DNA of 62,553 nt, filler included, from an uncultured bacterium (GTDB taxonomy: Bacteria; DYJV01): assembly GCA_964543655.1 (NCBI GenBank). It is 5 parts of 5 records of this genome, joined end to end, with 100 filler letters (N's around TTAATTAATTAA, not from the genome) between each part and the next. Parts side by side here need not be neighbours in the genome. Positions count along the whole stretch, not along the records: positions 58,299 to 62,553 come from CAZIZE010000051.1; 4 more parts are not named here. One strand, 5' to 3'. The notes beneath the pieces are model-generated. The model saw only the letters and a list, made by a program, of their open reading frames with translations, was not told where the DNA came from and did no database searches. The position numbers were made by a program, and so were the translations under genes. Below, piece by piece: positions 59,789-62,553 of the stretch (positions within the stretch are counted from its first letter, which is position 1; every line of letters starts with the position of its first letter).

Positions 59789-61654
59789 TTATAACAATAC
59801 CTTTTGATTAATTTTTATCTCACTCTTTTCTCTTAATTTCTTAACAAGCATATTTAATCTGTATTGTAATTTTTGTTTTTTTATTGCGTTAACATACTTT
59901 GGTTTATCCTGTTGAAACTTCACTTTATCAAATTTTTGAAACTCTTTAATTCCAACAATATATGCATCTTGTTTGCCTGTAAGAACTTTTTTCAGTAGTT
60001 CTCCCTCTTTTTTTAATTTGCTTATTCCTGATAGGTTAACATCAGATAATTTTAAAGATTCAGGAGAATAAAAACGAATAAAATCTGTTTCATCGTAATA
60101 ATATTGGCTGTTTTTTAAATCAGTGACATTTTTAAATTGTTTTAATAAGGTTTTTCCCTTTTCTATTGCCAATTTTTTTGCTTGGGCTTCTTTATAAAAA
60201 GTAGCAACTTTTTCTTTTATTTTGTCAAATGAAGGAATGTATGATTTTTTAATTTCAGTAACTTTAAAAATAAAAATTGGAAGTAATATATTTCCTTGAA
60301 CTATATTATTTTTATCTTTTAATGCTTTAAATAATGCATTTGTGAGGTTAAAAGGTAACTCTCTATCATTTTTTGTAATATTATGTTTTGAAATTATTTT
60401 TAAATTCAAATCTTTTGCAAGTTCTTCTAAAGATTTATTAGGTACAATTTTTTTATATTTTTCAAAAAATTCCTTCATCTTTTCTGATGCATATTTATTT
60501 TCTAATTTTTTTTCTATCTCTTTTTTAGCCTGATTAAAGGTTTTTGTATGAGCTTTTTTAATATCTATTACCTTGATTATATGGTAGCCAAACTGAGTTT
60601 TTACAATGCCTGATATTTCGCCTTTTTTTAATGAAAATGCTGCTTTATCAAAAGCTGGAACCATCTGGCCTTTGGTAAAATATCCTAAATCACCACCATT
60701 TTTTGCAGATGGGCCTTCAGAATATTTCTTGGCCATTTCAACAAAATTTGCACCATTTTTTAATTTTTTCAAAATTTCTTCAGCTTTTTTAAGTGCTTTT
60801 TTATCATGTTCTTTGTTCCCATTTGTTCTTATTAAAATATGTCTTGCTCTAATTTTTATTGGAACTTTAAATTCAGAAATATGATTTTTGTAATAATCTT
60901 TTAATTCTTTTTCTGGTATTTTGTAATTTTTTAAAAAGTAACCTTTGCTGATTTCAATATATTCAACGCTTCTTTTTTCAGGAACTCTAAATTTTTCCTT
61001 ATTTTTTTCATAGAATGATTTTAAGTCGTTATCATTATATTTAACTTTATCAATAAAATCTTTATAAGGAATTTTTATGAAACCTAATTTTACTTTCTTA
61101 TTAAAAGTTTCATACATTTGCTTTACTTCTTCATCTGTAACTATTATACCATTAGCAAGACTGTTTTCAAATTTGGCCATTGTAAGATCAAATCTTACTT
61201 TGTTTTCAAAATCAGCTGGCTTAATTCTATTGTATCTGAGCACGTCGTTGTATCTTCTTTTGCTAAAAACACCATTAACTTTAAAAGCAGGAATTGTAAT
61301 AATGAAATCTCTAACTTCGTCATCGCTAACTCTAATACCAGCTTTTTTAGCTTCCTGAAAGAGTAAGATTCTATTAATGAGAGAGTTAAGCACCTGCTCT
61401 TTAATATGAAATTGTTTAATTGTTTGCCTGTCAATTTTAATATTGTATTGCTTTTCATAATTTTTAATATAGTTGTCAAACTCTCTGTAAAAATCTTGAA
61501 TAGTTATACGCTCATTATTTACAATAGCTGCATAATTTTGCACATTTTTTCTGCCAAAACTTCCAACTCCCCAGAAAACAAAAACCAGTGCAACTATGCC
61601 AAGAATAATTTTAATAAAAAGAGATGACGCATTTTTTCTCAGATATTCAAACAT
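59789..61654 (-). CDS. ppiD: PpiD-like periplasmic chaperone (SurA N-domain + parvulin PPIase)
   Basis: MFEYLRK, TM helix, FVFWG; RARHILI, SAKNGGDLGYF, TQFGYHII. Confidence 0.88.
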   Translation of the reverse strand: MFEYLRKNASSLFIKIILGIVALVFVFWGVGSFGRKNVQNYAAIVNNERITIQDFYREFDNYIKNYEKQYNIKIDRQTIKQFHIKEQVLNSLINRILLFQEAKKAGIRVSDDEVRDFIITIPAFKVNGVFSKRRYNDVLRYNRIKPADFENKVRFDLTMAKFENSLANGIIVTDEEVKQMYETFNKKVKLGFIKIPYKDFIDKVKYNDNDLKSFYEKNKEKFRVPEKRSVEYIEISKGYFLKNYKIPEKELKDYYKNHISEFKVPIKIRARHILIRTNGNKEHDKKALKKAEEILKKLKNGANFVEMAKKYSEGPSAKNGGDLGYFTKGQMVPAFDKAAFSLKKGEISGIVKTQFGYHIIKVIDIKKAHTKTFNQAKKEIEKKLENKYASEKMKEFFEKYKKIVPNKSLEELAKDLNLKIISKHNITKNDRELPFNLTNALFKALKDKNNIVQGNILLPIFIFKVTEIKKSYIPSFDKIKEKVATFYKEAQAKKLAIEKGKTLLKQFKNVTDLKNSQYYYDETDFIRFYSPESLKLSDVNLSGISKLKKEGELLKKVLTGKQDAYIVGIKEFQKFDKVKFQQDKPKYVNAIKKQKLQYRLNMLVKKLREKSEIKINQKVLL

Positions 61655-61823
61655 TTTAACTCCTTTGAAATTTATGGAGCAATGCTTTTATTACAATTTT
61701 TTTTAAAATGCAACTATTTTGTTGTAATTTTAATTGAATTTAAATTAATTTGAATATTTTTAACTTTTATTTTATTATAAAAATTATTGATCTATCCCTG
61801 TGTGCATCTTATGAAACGCTTTT

Positions 61824-62553
61824 TCAATTTAAATGAATATCTTTTAAAGACAAAATCTTAAAATCTATATTATAATCTGAAAATTGATTAATCAATTTTT
61901 GAGATTTTAAAATCAATTTATTTTTGTTTAATCTTTCTTGGTTTAACTTTATTTCTACGATTACAATTTTTTTATTAATTTCGTCAATTGCAACTAAATC
62001 TATTTCATTTTTATTTCCTCTTTCCCAGTATCTACCTATTTTTGTCCATTTGCCTGATAATCTAAATAATTCATGATACATTTTTTCTAAAAACTTGCCT
62101 TTATGCAAAGAAAAATCCCTTAAAATAATCTGCCTCAATCCATTAAAATTTTCTGACTCTATAAGTGATTGATATTTATAGATAAATCTAAACCAAAAAT
62201 TCAGAAAATTATCTTCTATTTCATATTTTTGGAGCTTTGAATTGGGTTTTGAATTAATAGGTTTTAGGGGTTTTATAATATTGTAATCTTTTTCAAGTCT
62301 ATCAAGATAACCTGAAATATTTTTTTTCAAAATGCTTTCTATTTCCGATCTTGAAGTTTTTGATGATGCAATTAATGAAAGTATTGAAAAATATGTTGTG
62401 TATTCTTTGCCAAATTCTTCAATAGTCTATTTTTGCCTTCATCTAAAAATAGTGAATAAGGAGAAACTGTTTTTTTAATAATGTTTTTTAAATCAAAAGC
62501 TTCATAAAGCACAAATAATTCTATATACTTTGCAACTCCACCTGTAATTGTGT
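61824..62553 (-). pseudogene. Frameshifted ATPase + DUF234 gene (5' end beyond the window)
   Basis: Upstream frame TGGVAKYIE..FLDEGKNRL shifts by 1 nt at about 62424 into IEEFGKEYTTYFSIL..DNFLNFWFRF..YWERGNKNEIDLVA..EIK. Confidence 0.75.

Overview
AT-rich (about 30% GC by eye) Gram-negative bacterial sequence. It is five contigs joined by four artificial 100-nt linkers (N44-TTAATTAATTAA-N44 at 21455, 47072, 52719 and 58199), so adjacency across a linker is not real. Gene order and families (lysS-lolE-lolD-bamA-skp-lpxD-fabZ-lpxA, atpF'-F-H-A-G-D-C, rpsR-yybS-rplI, a Ni-CODH, a Desulfovibrio-like TPR protein) suggest a low-GC anaerobe of Desulfobacterota/deltaproteobacterial affinity; this is an inference. 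Most of the window is housekeeping: argJ, cysS, gltX, metG, lysS, ribD, coaX, purB, ribosomal proteins, LPS/OM biogenesis and tRNA-Met. The standout is the F1Fo ATP synthase operon, which has two c-subunit genes. One is an 82-aa c with a complete Na+ signature (E32/E65/S66/T67/Y70). The other is a 242-aa triple-hairpin c in which only hairpin 1 keeps the ion-binding Glu, predicting a hybrid rotor with fewer ion sites. Other notable items: an HcrB-like/CoA-transferase/ABC/acyl-CoA dehydrogenase/GntR cluster with visible operator palindromes; a TPR plus double-cNMP gene inside lolE-lolD; a tail-less SSB in the PriB slot; a divergent PurC; a candidate sigma54 promoter with tandem upstream sites before the CODH; and mosaics of MITEs, REP-like palindromes and 7-bp tandem repeats next to AAA-ATPase/PD-(D/E)XK paralogs at the contig breaks. 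No CRISPR array or rRNA gene was seen.
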